A stretch of 64,000 bases of DNA from Patescibacteria group bacterium (lineage in GTDB: Bacteria; Patescibacteriota; Minisyncoccia; Minisyncoccales; Staskawiczbacteraceae). Under the pieces are notes generated by a model. The model ran no database searches. It was not told the DNA's origin and saw only the letters and a list, made by a program, of their open reading frames with translations. Shown piece after piece: positions 1 to 9,697 of this stretch. The translations under genes and the position numbers were made by a program. The stretch's first letter is position 1, and every line of letters begins with the position of its first letter. The stretch lies in assembly GCA_038063015.1 (NCBI GenBank), contig JBBTVX010000001.1:2772-66771 (forward strand), given 5' to 3'.

Positions 1-938
1 AGAAAAACGCTTTCTCGCTCGCTGGGCGCGTCTATCAAAAGCAAAATGTCAGAATCAATAAGGTGTTCCAAGGTATTTTTCCGGGGCAAGGTATCTATTA
101 ATTTAACAACGTTGTTTAGGTTATATTTCGCAACTAAATTTTTAATTCCCTTGATTCTTCCGATTAATTTAACCTTAATTTTTTTATCAATATCCATCTC
201 GTTGTTTAATAATTTTAACGCTCTTAAAAAGGGTTCGGGCGATCTCGGACCGTAAAAATTTCCGGCGTGGGTAATTACAAACTTGTCTTCTTTTTGTTTA
301 TTAGTTTTTATCGGAAGCTCTGTCGGGTCATAAGAATTTGGTATTACCTCTATTTTATTTTCCATTTTATATTTCGCCAAAAACAATCTTTTTGTTTGTT
401 CCGTAGTAACAATAATTTTATCCGCGCTAAGCATAACTTTTTTCTCTAAGTATTCATCAATTTTTTTAATGAACTTGTTGGGAAAAAAATAATAAGAACT
501 TTGTGTCCAAGGGTCGGAAAAGTAAGCTATCCAATATAATCTGCTCAACGATTTTAATCTTAACGCCACCAAATGACTGACAATCGGGCTTGACCGAGAG
601 ATGATTATATCAACATTCTCCTTTTTTAAGATTTTTTTACCTTCCCTTATCGCAGAAAAAATCCATCCTATCCTGCTATAAGTGAACGATAAAATCTTAA
701 ATTTCTGAAAAATATAGATTATTATATTTCCTATCGGATAAGTTCTATAAATCGAAATGTTTTTGGGCAAATCAGACGAAATATAAATATCTGTTAACAC
801 GCCCGCTGTTTTTTTTGCGCATAAAACCGCTGCGCTCCAATTAAAACAATTCAAATATTTTACAAAGTTAAAAATTAACGCGCTATCGGCCGTTTGAATC
901 GGGGGAAAAGCATAAGAAACCAATAATATTTTTTTCAT
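1..938 (-). CDS. Glycosyltransferase, GT-B fold / GT4-like (partial; C-terminus lies beyond window start)
   Basis: Open minus-strand frame from ATG at 938-936 to the window edge. It is absent from the ORF track because it has no stop in the window. Hand translation begins MKKILLVSYAFPPIQTADSA, a typical GT4 N-terminus. It starts 4 nt after the wecB stop. Confidence 0.6.
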   Translation of the reverse strand, partial: MKKILLVSYAFPPIQTADSALIFNFVKYLNCFNWSAAVLCAKKTAGVLTDIYISSDLPKNISIYRTYPIGNIIIYIFQKFKILSFTYSRIGWIFSAIREGKKILKKENVDIIISRSSPIVSHLVALRLKSLSRLYWIAYFSDPWTQSSYYFFPNKFIKKIDEYLEKKVMLSADKIIVTTEQTKRLFLAKYKMENKIEVIPNSYDPTELPIKTNKQKEDKFVITHAGNFYGPRSPEPFLRALKLLNNEMDIDKKIKVKLIGRIKGIKNLVAKYNLNNVVKLIDTLPRKNTLEHLIDSDILLLIDAPSERESVF

Positions 939-941
939 TTT

Positions 942-2036
942 TTAATTGGCAATTTTTAAAATTATTCTTATAATTCTTTCGGCGGCTTTTCCGTCGCCAA
1001 AAGGGTTTTTCCAATTTCTTTTTTTATCAAGCATTTTATAAACAATTTTTAAAATTTTTGAAGAATTAGTTCCGGCTAAAATATTACTGCCAACCTCTAT
1101 TGTTTCCGGTCTTTCAGTATTGCTTCTTAAAGTGATGCAAGGGGTTTTCAAAATGCAAGCTTCTTCCTGTATTCCGCCCGAATCAGTTAAAATTAATCTT
1201 GCGCCGGCTTCAAGTTTTAAAAAATCCAAATAACCAACTGGTTCAATTGTTTTAATTCCCTCTGGAGTTTTCAGTTTGAAATTGTCCATCATTTTTTGTG
1301 TTCTTGGATGAATCGGAAAAATTATTGGTAAATTAAATTTTTTATAAATTAACCTTAATCCTTCAAAAATCTCTTTAATTTTTTCTTTTTTATCCACGTT
1401 TTCCGGCCGATGCATAGTGAGAAGAAAATATTTTTCTTTTTTAATATTTAACTTTTTTAAAATTTTTGATTTCTTTTCTGATAGTTTTAAATTTTGATAA
1501 ACCGCGTCAACAATTGTGTTTCCGGTAATGAAGATTTTATTTTTGGAAATCCCTTCGTTGATTAAAATTTGTTTTGATTTTTCCGTGGGAGCAAAAAATA
1601 AATCAGAACAATGGTCGGTTAAAATTCTGTTTATTTCTTCGGGCATTTCCCTAGAATACGACCTTAGACCCGCCTCAATATGATAAATTCTGATGTGAAG
1701 CTTGGCGGCCGCCAACGCTCCTGCCAAAGCCGTATTGGTATCCGCCAAAACTAAAAAAATATCCGGCTTCTCTTTAATTAAAACCCTTTCTATTCCTATT
1801 AACATTTTCCCCACTTCTTCGGCATGGGTTCCTGATTTAATTTTTAAATTATATTTAGGCGCTGGCAATTCTAATTCTTTAAAAAAAATTTTATCCAAAT
1901 TTTTTGAATAATGCTGATTTGTATGCAAAATAAAAAAATTAAGATGGTTTTTTTTACACTCTTTAATAACAGGGGCTATTTTTATTATTTCCGGACGAGT
2001 TCCAACGATAATTGAAATTTTAATATTTTTCTTCAT
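942..2036 (-). CDS. wecB: UDP-N-acetylglucosamine 2-epimerase (non-hydrolysing)
   Basis: 364 aa with GTRPEIIK, DTNTALAGALAAAKL, HIEAGLRS, PEEINR, HRPENVD, DSGGIQEE and TERPE motifs. These are characteristic of the WecB/MnaA epimerase_2 family. ATG confirmed at 2036. Confidence 0.9.
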   Translation of the reverse strand: MKKNIKISIIVGTRPEIIKIAPVIKECKKNHLNFFILHTNQHYSKNLDKIFFKELELPAPKYNLKIKSGTHAEEVGKMLIGIERVLIKEKPDIFLVLADTNTALAGALAAAKLHIRIYHIEAGLRSYSREMPEEINRILTDHCSDLFFAPTEKSKQILINEGISKNKIFITGNTIVDAVYQNLKLSEKKSKILKKLNIKKEKYFLLTMHRPENVDKKEKIKEIFEGLRLIYKKFNLPIIFPIHPRTQKMMDNFKLKTPEGIKTIEPVGYLDFLKLEAGARLILTDSGGIQEEACILKTPCITLRSNTERPETIEVGSNILAGTNSSKILKIVYKMLDKKRNWKNPFGDGKAAERIIRIILKIAN

Positions 2037-2044
2037 AATTTACT

Positions 2045-3517
2045 TTAAAAATTCTCATTTGATAGCCAATTTAATTTATGCAAAAATTTATAAAAAATAA
2101 AAAGGGCTGTAAAATAAGATACTATTCCCGTAATCACGCCAAAAACAACATTAAGACGGTAAATTATGGGTTGACTGATAACCAACAGCATTATCAAGCC
2201 GGAAAAAATAACTATAATAGCGATTTTAAGCAATCTCGTATTGAAAAGAGAAATATATGACATTCTTCTTGAAAATTCTATTCCCAAAAGAAGTATGATG
2301 ATGCTGGTAATTACCATGGTTATTGATGCCCCATAAAAACTATAACGAGGAATCAATATAATATTCGCAATAACATTTATTAAAGCGGCAATTGAATAAG
2401 TCCACAGATATTTTTTTTGCTGGTCGGAAACAAATAATATTATAATGTAAGGATTATAAATAAAACTAATTCCGGCTGCGAATATCAAAATCTGGAAGGA
2501 AGGAATTGATGAGCTAAAATTTTGGCCATAAATAAAATTGAAAATTCGAGGCGCCAAAGTTAAACAGCCGACCACTAAAGGTACGGTCAATATAATCATC
2601 GATTCCATATAGTAATTCCAAACTTTTTGAAATTTTTCTTTTGATTTTTTAAAAAGACTGCTTAAGGTCGGATAAAAGCTCATCCAAACTAATGTTGCCA
2701 CAACATAAATCAAGTTGACAATCGTGCGAGCGGCATTATACCAACCATTTTCTGTAACTTGTCCCAAGCGCCCCATTATTACCGAATCTATGTTCAAAAT
2801 AATCGCGTTAAAAATAGTGGCGAAACCCAAAAACTGAGAAAATAAAAAAAATTTCCGAAGAATAGCTTTATTAAAGCTCAATTTTAAAGGTTGAATATAA
2901 AAATGGAAAAATATCAGCAAAAAAATAAAAGCTGTCAAATTGGCGATTAAATAACCCCAGCTTATGTTTTCTATCGAAGGAAAATTAAAAATAACAAAAA
3001 TCACTATGCCGGCCATTATTAGGGCTTGAATGATTTTGGCTCCGGCCTCGTATTCCATTTGCTGACGAGCCCGAAAAAAAGCCCAAATAATAAAAGAAAA
3101 GTTATAAATTAAGGTGGAAATAGCCAAAATCCAGATTACTTTTTTGATAATAATATCCGAAGTAACAAAAAAAGAGCCGATAATTACTAAAATTAACGAC
3201 CCAACAGTTAAAAGAATTTTTAAACCAAGAACGCCTGAATATTCTTTCTCATTTTTTTTATCTTGGGAAAGCTCCCTCGTAGCAATATCAGAAAGACCAA
3301 AATCAGAAAAAAAAGCGAATAAAGAAACAAAAGCAAAGGCAAAGGCGAATTTTCCGAATTCAGTAGCGCCTAAAATTCGTATGGAGTAAATAATTAATAA
3401 AAATTGTGAAAGACGAAATATCGCTTCAGACACTGTTAACCAAAAGGTGTTTTTAATTACTGTTTGTCTTAATCCTAAATTTTTAAAAAAGAGGTTTGGC
3501 AATTCTTTAATTTTCAT
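2045..3517 (-). CDS. Polysaccharide flippase, MOP/Wzx-like
   Basis: 490 aa, hydrophobic throughout with many predicted TM helices. It shows the polysaccharide-biosynthesis-protein pattern and sits in a glycan cluster. Confidence 0.7.
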   Translation of the reverse strand: MKIKELPNLFFKNLGLRQTVIKNTFWLTVSEAIFRLSQFLLIIYSIRILGATEFGKFAFAFAFVSLFAFFSDFGLSDIATRELSQDKKNEKEYSGVLGLKILLTVGSLILVIIGSFFVTSDIIIKKVIWILAISTLIYNFSFIIWAFFRARQQMEYEAGAKIIQALIMAGIVIFVIFNFPSIENISWGYLIANLTAFIFLLIFFHFYIQPLKLSFNKAILRKFFLFSQFLGFATIFNAIILNIDSVIMGRLGQVTENGWYNAARTIVNLIYVVATLVWMSFYPTLSSLFKKSKEKFQKVWNYYMESMIILTVPLVVGCLTLAPRIFNFIYGQNFSSSIPSFQILIFAAGISFIYNPYIIILFVSDQQKKYLWTYSIAALINVIANIILIPRYSFYGASITMVITSIIILLLGIEFSRRMSYISLFNTRLLKIAIIVIFSGLIMLLVISQPIIYRLNVVFGVITGIVSYFTALFIFYKFLHKLNWLSNENF

Positions 3518-4241
3518 TTTTTCTCTGATATTTTAAAATTAAGTCAAAGGCTAAACTGTTAAAATATTTTTTAAGAATTTCGGCGTTAGGAATAATGCAA
3601 TGTCCGCCTATAAAATCTTTTGGCGAATAAAGAACCGGCCTGACCACATTCTTCATCCCAAGTTTTACATAACCCTCATTATAAGTTTTGTTAAAGTCGG
3701 ACGCCGCCTCATCAAAATCAACCCCCAACTTATCGCATATTTTCTTCATTTCTCCGTGCCAAGCAATAACAACTCCATAATAAGTAGTATCAAAAAGCTT
3801 GCCTAATTCCGTAGTTATAGAAGGATAAAAAACTTTCGTCTTAATGCCTATGGAATTAAGGTGTTTTTTAGCTAATTGGCCTGCCTTTTTATCATCAGCG
3901 CCGATATATTTTATAAATATTTTAATTCCCTTATGTAAATTAGGATGCACACCCCTAACCGGACTATGAACTACGGTTCCTCCAAATTTTTCTGAAAGTT
4001 TTTTTATTGTTCCGGGCGCCACCGTAGAGTGGATTATAACTAATCTGGGCCTAATGATTCTAATTTCCCTCTCTACTGTATTTATAAATTTTTCCGACCA
4101 CGGAATACAAATATTCAAAATTTCAACCCCGGACAAGCCATCGTCTCTTTTTAAATCTTTTATTTTTGGGTTTTGATAAAATTTAGCTATTGCCTGGCCC
4201 ACTTCGCCATAACCCAGTATGCCTATTTTTTTATTATTCAT
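3507..4241 (-). CDS. UDP-glucose/GDP-mannose dehydrogenase-family protein, short form lacking the C-terminal nucleotide-sugar domain
   Basis: Rossmann start MNNKKIGILGYGEVGQ, STVAPGT, a central-domain-like ELGKLFDTTYYGVVIAWHGEMKKICDKLGVDFDE, and a GGHCIIPN catalytic-Cys-like motif. Start set at ATG 4241, which overlaps the upstream stop by 8 nt. The track ORF extends further upstream without support. Confidence 0.5.
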   Translation of the reverse strand: MNNKKIGILGYGEVGQAIAKFYQNPKIKDLKRDDGLSGVEILNICIPWSEKFINTVEREIRIIRPRLVIIHSTVAPGTIKKLSEKFGGTVVHSPVRGVHPNLHKGIKIFIKYIGADDKKAGQLAKKHLNSIGIKTKVFYPSITTELGKLFDTTYYGVVIAWHGEMKKICDKLGVDFDEAASDFNKTYNEGYVKLGMKNVVRPVLYSPKDFIGGHCIIPNAEILKKYFNSLAFDLILKYQRKNEN

Positions 4242-5145
4242 ATTTTTTTTGAAACCATTTTTTTGTAATTTCGACTCCTTTTTCAAAATCAACTTTCGGC
4301 TCCCATGAAAGCAAGTTTCTGGCAAGAGAAATATCTGCCTGAGTATGAAGGGGGTCGCCGGGTCTCGGGGGTAAATATCGAACTTGGCCGCCAATAAGTT
4401 TGCTTAAATAATTAATTGAATAAGATTTTTCCTGGCCAATATTGATAAATTCCCCGCCCTTTATCTTTTCGCTTTCCATTGCTTTTATATTCGCATTCAT
4501 AACGTCTTCAACAAAACAGAACCCCCTTGTCTGCTCTCCGTCTCCAAAAATCGTTAGGGGTTTCTTTTCTGAATTCAACCTTAAAAACTTTCCGAGCACC
4601 AAACTATAATCAGAATTAAAATCAATCCTTGGCCCATAAACGTTAAAATATCTTAAGCAAACTATCGGCACTTCATAAAGGCTGTTAAACATTTTTGCAA
4701 ACTGCTCGCCGACTAATTTCTGTAAACCATACGGGCTTAAGGGATTGGGCGTCATACTTTCCTTTAAGGGCAGTTTTTCCTGATTTCCGTAAACAGAAGA
4801 CGAAGAGGCAAAAACAACTCTTTTACATTTATGGTCTGCCGCTGATTTAAAAACATTTATTGTTCCCAAAATATTGACTTTTGAGGTTAAAACAGGATTT
4901 TCAATTGAAAAAGGCACTCGCGGTATTGCGGCTAAATGAAAAACAAAATCGACTCCTTTAAAAATGGGTTTAATTTTTTTGAAATCACAAATATCTAACT
5001 GATAAAATTTTGCCTTCGGATTTAAATTTTCCTTTTTACCGGCCGAAAGGTCATCAATGATTATTACTTTGTGATTTTGTTCTATTAATTTATCTGCAAG
5101 ATGACTGCCTATAAACCCGGCTCCACCAGTTACTAAATATTTCAT
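4234..5145 (-). CDS. NAD-dependent nucleotide-sugar epimerase/dehydratase (extended SDR)
   Basis: MKYLVTGGAGFIGSHL Rossmann motif, ASSSSVYG, YGLQKLVGE (YxxxK). 303 aa. Confidence 0.8.
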   Translation of the reverse strand: MKYLVTGGAGFIGSHLADKLIEQNHKVIIIDDLSAGKKENLNPKAKFYQLDICDFKKIKPIFKGVDFVFHLAAIPRVPFSIENPVLTSKVNILGTINVFKSAADHKCKRVVFASSSSVYGNQEKLPLKESMTPNPLSPYGLQKLVGEQFAKMFNSLYEVPIVCLRYFNVYGPRIDFNSDYSLVLGKFLRLNSEKKPLTIFGDGEQTRGFCFVEDVMNANIKAMESEKIKGGEFINIGQEKSYSINYLSKLIGGQVRYLPPRPGDPLHTQADISLARNLLSWEPKVDFEKGVEITKKWFQKKYE

Positions 5146-5162
5146 AATTTCGCTGATAATTT

Positions 5163-6725
5163 CTATGATTTTATCAAAATATCTAATCTTTTTGATAAAA
5201 ATTTAGTTATTTTGTTATTTGATGTCCAATTGATTCCAAAAGGCGCCAAAGCAAAAAGAGAGATAAAAGCCGGAACTCTAATTCTGGTTGTTATGCCAAA
5301 ATTAGCTATAAAAACAGAAAGTACGGCTAATAATAATATGCTGAAAAAAAGCAAGGTAAAGGCAAGCGACTTAATGGGTTTTTTTATCCCTTTTATTATA
5401 AAAAATATAGAAAAATATAAAAGAATTGTTTCGGGTAAAATTAAAAAATGCCTTAAATATCTCATTTGCCAAGGAAAGGGACCCAGTGAAGCGTAAATAA
5501 AAGATATTAAAGAATTCTTTAAAAATATAAAAGGATTTCCAAATCCCGTTTTTACTATTACGTTAGACCCTCTGCCTCTTTTTGTAATAGGATTATCAGT
5601 AAAACCAGAGGGTTTGGGCTCGGCAGTCGCAGTGGGTTTGACAGTCACAGAAGATTCAACGGTCGCAGAGGGTTTAACAGTCGCGGGGGGTTTAGTAGCT
5701 ACAGAGGGTTTAGCAGCTGCAGAAGGCTCAACAGTCACAGGGGATTCAACAGCTGGCGGAATTTCAGGATTGGCAACAGCAAGAAATTCTCTATAATAAG
5801 TAATCATTTTTTGATTAAGAAAGGCCTTCATAAAATTAATTCCAAAATATCCCGCCCCGTTAGACGTTCCTCCTGAAATATTGGGCAGAAAGCCCAAAAG
5901 AGCGATAATTATAACCCCATAGATTAATCTTTTCTTTATTTTTAAATTTGAAAATAAAAACCAACAAGCAATAAAAGTTAAAACGGCGGCACAGGCGATA
6001 TAAAGACGAAAATGAAATAAAGCGCTTAAGGCAACATAAAAAATTATAAACTTAGGCCAAGAAAACGCTTTAAGTAATTTTAAAATTAATAATAATACGA
6101 TTGAAAATGATAAAGCGACTAAAGCGTCTTTTAACAGCAAACTTCCAAAAAAAAGCAAACTGGGATAAATGCTTACAATCAATCCCGCAAGAAAGGCTTC
6201 TTTTTTTAAACCGCCAATCTCCATAACTATCAAATAAACAAAAACAACTAAAAGAGCGATTAACCAAGCGTTAAACATTTGGCCGATAAGCGCTTGCGGC
6301 AATGTCAGAATATAAATATAACCAAGAATAACCGGATAATTGTGACCGACGTCTAATCCTTGCACAGAAAAATTTCCTTGACGAATCCTTTCTGATATCT
6401 GTCGAGCTATAACATCATATTCCGAATAGTCTCCAGCGCTCCCGCTAAACGGCTGAAATCCGATATAATGGATGAAAAAGACTGTCCCGAGGTGGATTAA
6501 AAGAGCAATTAAAAAAAGGGTGTATATTGTTTTAGTTTTGAAACCTATCTTTTTGAATATTGAAAAAACGACTGATGTTAAAAAAACAATAAAAATAATG
6601 CCCATGGCTAAAGTTTTATCAAACAGAGAAACTATCGTTAGTAATAAATAACTTGAAATAATTATTGTCAGTAAGTGAGGAGAATAAAAATTTTCCTTTA
6701 ATATTGATATAATTTTTCCGAACAT
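5163..6725 (-). CDS. Polytopic membrane protein, GT-C-like (ArnT/PMT_2-like) candidate glycosyltransferase with a Pro/Thr/Val/Lys hexapeptide-repeat insert
   Basis: 520 aa with more than 10 hydrophobic segments and a large loop carrying AAAKPS/VATKPP/ATVKPS/ATVESS/VTVKPT/ATAEPK repeats. The family call is by general architecture only. Confidence 0.4.
   Translation of the reverse strand: MFGKIISILKENFYSPHLLTIIISSYLLLTIVSLFDKTLAMGIIFIVFLTSVVFSIFKKIGFKTKTIYTLFLIALLIHLGTVFFIHYIGFQPFSGSAGDYSEYDVIARQISERIRQGNFSVQGLDVGHNYPVILGYIYILTLPQALIGQMFNAWLIALLVVFVYLIVMEIGGLKKEAFLAGLIVSIYPSLLFFGSLLLKDALVALSFSIVLLLILKLLKAFSWPKFIIFYVALSALFHFRLYIACAAVLTFIACWFLFSNLKIKKRLIYGVIIIALLGFLPNISGGTSNGAGYFGINFMKAFLNQKMITYYREFLAVANPEIPPAVESPVTVEPSAAAKPSVATKPPATVKPSATVESSVTVKPTATAEPKPSGFTDNPITKRGRGSNVIVKTGFGNPFIFLKNSLISFIYASLGPFPWQMRYLRHFLILPETILLYFSIFFIIKGIKKPIKSLAFTLLFFSILLLAVLSVFIANFGITTRIRVPAFISLFALAPFGINWTSNNKITKFLSKRLDILIKS
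5608..5765 (-). repeat. In-frame tandem repeat with 18-nt period (hexapeptide xxxKPS units), locally GC-rich
   Basis: The plus strand reads repeated gggtttRRcagtcRcag-type units. The encoded repeat is PVTVEPSAAAKPSVATKPPATVKPSATVESSVTVKPTATAEPKP. Confidence 0.8.
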
Positions 6726-6754
6726 AAATTTTTATATACTTATAATTTTTATTT

Positions 6755-7657
6755 TTATTTTTTAAAATAATCTTCAATCCCTTTATTTATATCATATTCA
6801 GGAATAAAAGATAAAGCTTTTTTTGTTTCTACCAAATCAGCCTCGGTGTATTCTTGATAATGTTTATATGGATTATCAATGTATTCTGGTTCAAAATCAG
6901 CGCCCAGAACTTCATTTAAATTTTTAATAATTTCATTGAAGGTTGTTGCCTTTCCGCTGCCAACGTTAAAAATTCCGCTTTTCTTGCTCTCCAAGGCCAG
7001 CAAATTAGCATTTACAATATCTTTAATATAAACCTGGTCTCTTTTCTGTTCTCCGTATTTGAATATCTTCGGTCTTCTTCCTTCTTTCATTTGCAAATAC
7101 AGTTGCCAAATCATGCTGGCCATTTTGCCTTTATATTTTTCTCCGGGGCCGTAAACATTAAAATAGCGGAGGCCCACAATATGAAGACTGTTAAAATTTT
7201 CGCGGGCAATGTTGTCTGCGTTTAACTTAGAAAGCCCATATATATTGGCCGGAACTTCGTTTTTTCCCACTTGCATCGGAGGCGTAGAATGGCCGTAAAC
7301 TGCCGCGGAGGAAGCATAAATTAATTTAGCCCTGCATTTTAGAGCAAAATTTAAAACATTTTTAAATCCGTCTACATTATTAAAGAGCATTTTTTTTTCA
7401 TCAAAAACCGTGGTGTCTGTAATAGCCGCTTGATGAAAAATAATATCCAGTTTGTCAAAATGCTTATTAAAATCTACTTCAACAATATTGTCAGAAATAA
7501 TTTCTCCCTTAAAATCTATCAAATTATCGGCATTTCCCGAAGAAAAATTATCAATAATATAATACTTGTTACCAGGATATTTTTCCTGAAGGGTTTTTAC
7601 CAAATTAGACCCGATAAATCCGGCTCCGCCCGTAATTAATATTTTTTTATTTTCCAT
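6755..7657 (-). CDS. hldD: ADP-L-glycero-D-manno-heptose 6-epimerase-like SDR
   Basis: ILITGGAGFIGSN, HQAAITDTT, YASSAAVYG, YGLSKLNAD. It lies immediately downstream of the heptose kinase and the adenylyltransferase/phosphatase genes. Confidence 0.6.
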   Translation of the reverse strand: MENKKILITGGAGFIGSNLVKTLQEKYPGNKYYIIDNFSSGNADNLIDFKGEIISDNIVEVDFNKHFDKLDIIFHQAAITDTTVFDEKKMLFNNVDGFKNVLNFALKCRAKLIYASSAAVYGHSTPPMQVGKNEVPANIYGLSKLNADNIARENFNSLHIVGLRYFNVYGPGEKYKGKMASMIWQLYLQMKEGRRPKIFKYGEQKRDQVYIKDIVNANLLALESKKSGIFNVGSGKATTFNEIIKNLNEVLGADFEPEYIDNPYKHYQEYTEADLVETKKALSFIPEYDINKGIEDYFKK

Positions 7658-8657
7658 TGTTTAAAACAATATTTACGGCTTCTAAAATATTTTTCGCGTA
7701 ATAATTTGGTTCTAATTTTAAACTTTTGGGCATTCTCCCGCCGATTTTTACGGTTTTAATATTCGCCTCCCTGCCAGCCATTACGTCCCTTGTGTCGTCG
7801 CCGATAAACCAGCTCTTACTTAGATTGATATTAAAATCTTTTACCGCTTGTAAAAACATGCCAATTTTCGGTTTTCGACAAAAACAATTATCGTCCGGTC
7901 CGTGCGGACAATAATAAATTTTATCAATTCTCACTCTTTTATTTTTTAACTCTTTTAGCATCCAGTTGTGTAATACTTTAAGCTCTTTTTCACTATAATA
8001 TCCCCGAGCTATTCCCGACTGATTCGTTATAATGATAATCTTATAGCCGGTTCTTGATAATTTTTTCAGAGCAGAAATTGCTCCAGGAACAAACTTAAAA
8101 TCTTCTATTTTATGAATATATTCCGGCTCATTTATGTTTATGGTGCCGTCACGGTCCAAAAAAACCGCTTTTATTTCTGGCTTTAAATTAATATCCCTAA
8201 TTTTTTCTACCAAACTACTGGTTGAAAATCCTTTCTGCCATTTTAAAATATGGATTTTTCCTCCGTTTTCTTCAACAACGCTCCTTTCAACGCAATTTAT
8301 TCCCCAATCAGAACCATTGCAATGGATATCTGGTTTTATTTTTTCTAAAATTACTTTTGGATTAATTTCATCAAAATTAACAACATAATCAACGTATTCA
8401 ATAACAGACAAAACTTCCGCCCGCTCTTTTTCTAAGTTTACAGGATGGTTGGGTCCTTTATATCTGCGAACGGAATTATCGCTGTTTAAAAGAATAATTA
8501 AAATATCTCCCTGTTTTTTTGCTTCCTCTAAAGATTTAATATGTCCAAAATGCAATATATCAAAACTACCGTTATAGGTAACGATTTTTTTCTCATTATC
8601 TCTGAGCTTTTGCGCAATCTTAATAATTTCTTTTTGGCTTTTAATTTTTGTGTCCAT
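7647..8657 (-). CDS. hldC-gmhB: Fusion: D-beta-D-heptose 1-phosphate adenylyltransferase (cytidylyltransferase fold) plus D,D-heptose 1,7-bisphosphate phosphatase (HAD)
   Basis: N-terminal half has GSFDILHFGHIKSLEEAK (HxGH nucleotidyltransferase motif). C-terminal half has VFLDRDGTIN (HAD motif I), YYCPHGPDDNCFCRKPKIGM (GmhB-type) and GDDTRDVMAG. Confidence 0.75.
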   Translation of the reverse strand: MDTKIKSQKEIIKIAQKLRDNEKKIVTYNGSFDILHFGHIKSLEEAKKQGDILIILLNSDNSVRRYKGPNHPVNLEKERAEVLSVIEYVDYVVNFDEINPKVILEKIKPDIHCNGSDWGINCVERSVVEENGGKIHILKWQKGFSTSSLVEKIRDINLKPEIKAVFLDRDGTININEPEYIHKIEDFKFVPGAISALKKLSRTGYKIIIITNQSGIARGYYSEKELKVLHNWMLKELKNKRVRIDKIYYCPHGPDDNCFCRKPKIGMFLQAVKDFNINLSKSWFIGDDTRDVMAGREANIKTVKIGGRMPKSLKLEPNYYAKNILEAVNIVLNNGK

Positions 8658-9613
8658 TAATTTTGTAAATCCTTTTTTAATTCTTCTGATAAAACCACTG
8701 CTGTACCCAACTTGCCAACTGCGATACCGGCTGCATGATTAGCAATTATAGTTGCCTGTTCAAGACTGGCTCCGGCGGATAAAGCCAATGCGACAACAGC
8801 TGTCACCGTATCTCCCGCCCCACTTACGTCAAACACTTCCCTTGCCATCGCGGGAAAATGCTTTATTTTATCATCTTCAAAAATGGTAATCCCTTCAGCT
8901 CCCTGGGTAAGCAAAACACTGCAGTTCAATTGCTTTTGAATAATTTTTCCGGCTTTTTTTATATCGTTGTCGCTTATGCCGGCTATCGCCAAAGCCTCTT
9001 TATAATTTGGGCTCAAAAGAGTTGCGTTTTTGAAAAAAGGCGCGTGCTTTGGCTTTACATCGCAGATAATCGGCTTTTTATATTTTACAGCTAAATTCAC
9101 TATAGTTTTTGATAAATTTTCAGTAATCACTCCTTTTGCGTAGTCAGAAACAACCAACCCGTCCCATTTTTTAATATGCGAGCCGATAAATTCCAATAAT
9201 TTTTTTTCAATATCGCTATTAATATATTGCGAGTCTTCTTTATCTACTCTAACAACCTGCTGGCTTCTGGCGACAACTCTTATCTTTTGAGTAGTCGGCT
9301 TTTGATTGTGCAACAAAATTCCGCCTGTATTTATGCTTAATTTTTTGAATTCCGAAAGCAATGTTTTTCCTGCCAAATCTTTTCCCGCCAGTCCTACAAC
9401 AAAAACTTTTCCACCCAAGGCAGTTATGTTTGTGGCAGTATTTCCTGCTCCGCCCGGCATAAAGCTCTCTTTTGTGACCAAAACTATGGGAATTGGGGCT
9501 TCGGGTGAAATTCTATCAACATTTCCCCATATAAAATGGTCCAACATCAAATCGCCAATTACACCGATTTTTTTTCCTTTAAAATTTTCTACTATTTCAA
9601 TTAAGTTTTTCAT
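8657..9613 (-). CDS. hldA: D-beta-D-heptose 7-phosphate kinase (PfkB family; RfaE domain I type)
   Basis: GVIGDLMLDHFIWGNVDRISPEAPIPIV, GGAGNTATN, DVSGAGDTV. It has a TAATG overlap with the downstream gene. Confidence 0.75.
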   Translation of the reverse strand: MKNLIEIVENFKGKKIGVIGDLMLDHFIWGNVDRISPEAPIPIVLVTKESFMPGGAGNTATNITALGGKVFVVGLAGKDLAGKTLLSEFKKLSINTGGILLHNQKPTTQKIRVVARSQQVVRVDKEDSQYINSDIEKKLLEFIGSHIKKWDGLVVSDYAKGVITENLSKTIVNLAVKYKKPIICDVKPKHAPFFKNATLLSPNYKEALAIAGISDNDIKKAGKIIQKQLNCSVLLTQGAEGITIFEDDKIKHFPAMAREVFDVSGAGDTVTAVVALALSAGASLEQATIIANHAAGIAVGKLGTAVVLSEELKKDLQN

Positions 9614-9619
9614 ATTTAT

Positions 9620-9694
9620 GGCAGAAATAAAAATATTTTTTAGCTTCGGGGAGACCGTGGGCTGGCGTTGCTAAAAAATATTTTTATTTCTGCC
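9620..9694. repeat. Perfect 25-bp inverted repeat with a 25-nt GC-rich loop (intercistronic hairpin)
   Basis: The arm ggcagaaataaaaatattttttagc (9620-9644) is the exact reverse complement of 9670-9694. The loop is ttcggggagaccgtgggctggcgtt. It lies between the cupin stop (9698) and the hldA start (9613). Confidence 0.9.
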
Positions 9695-9697
9695 CCA

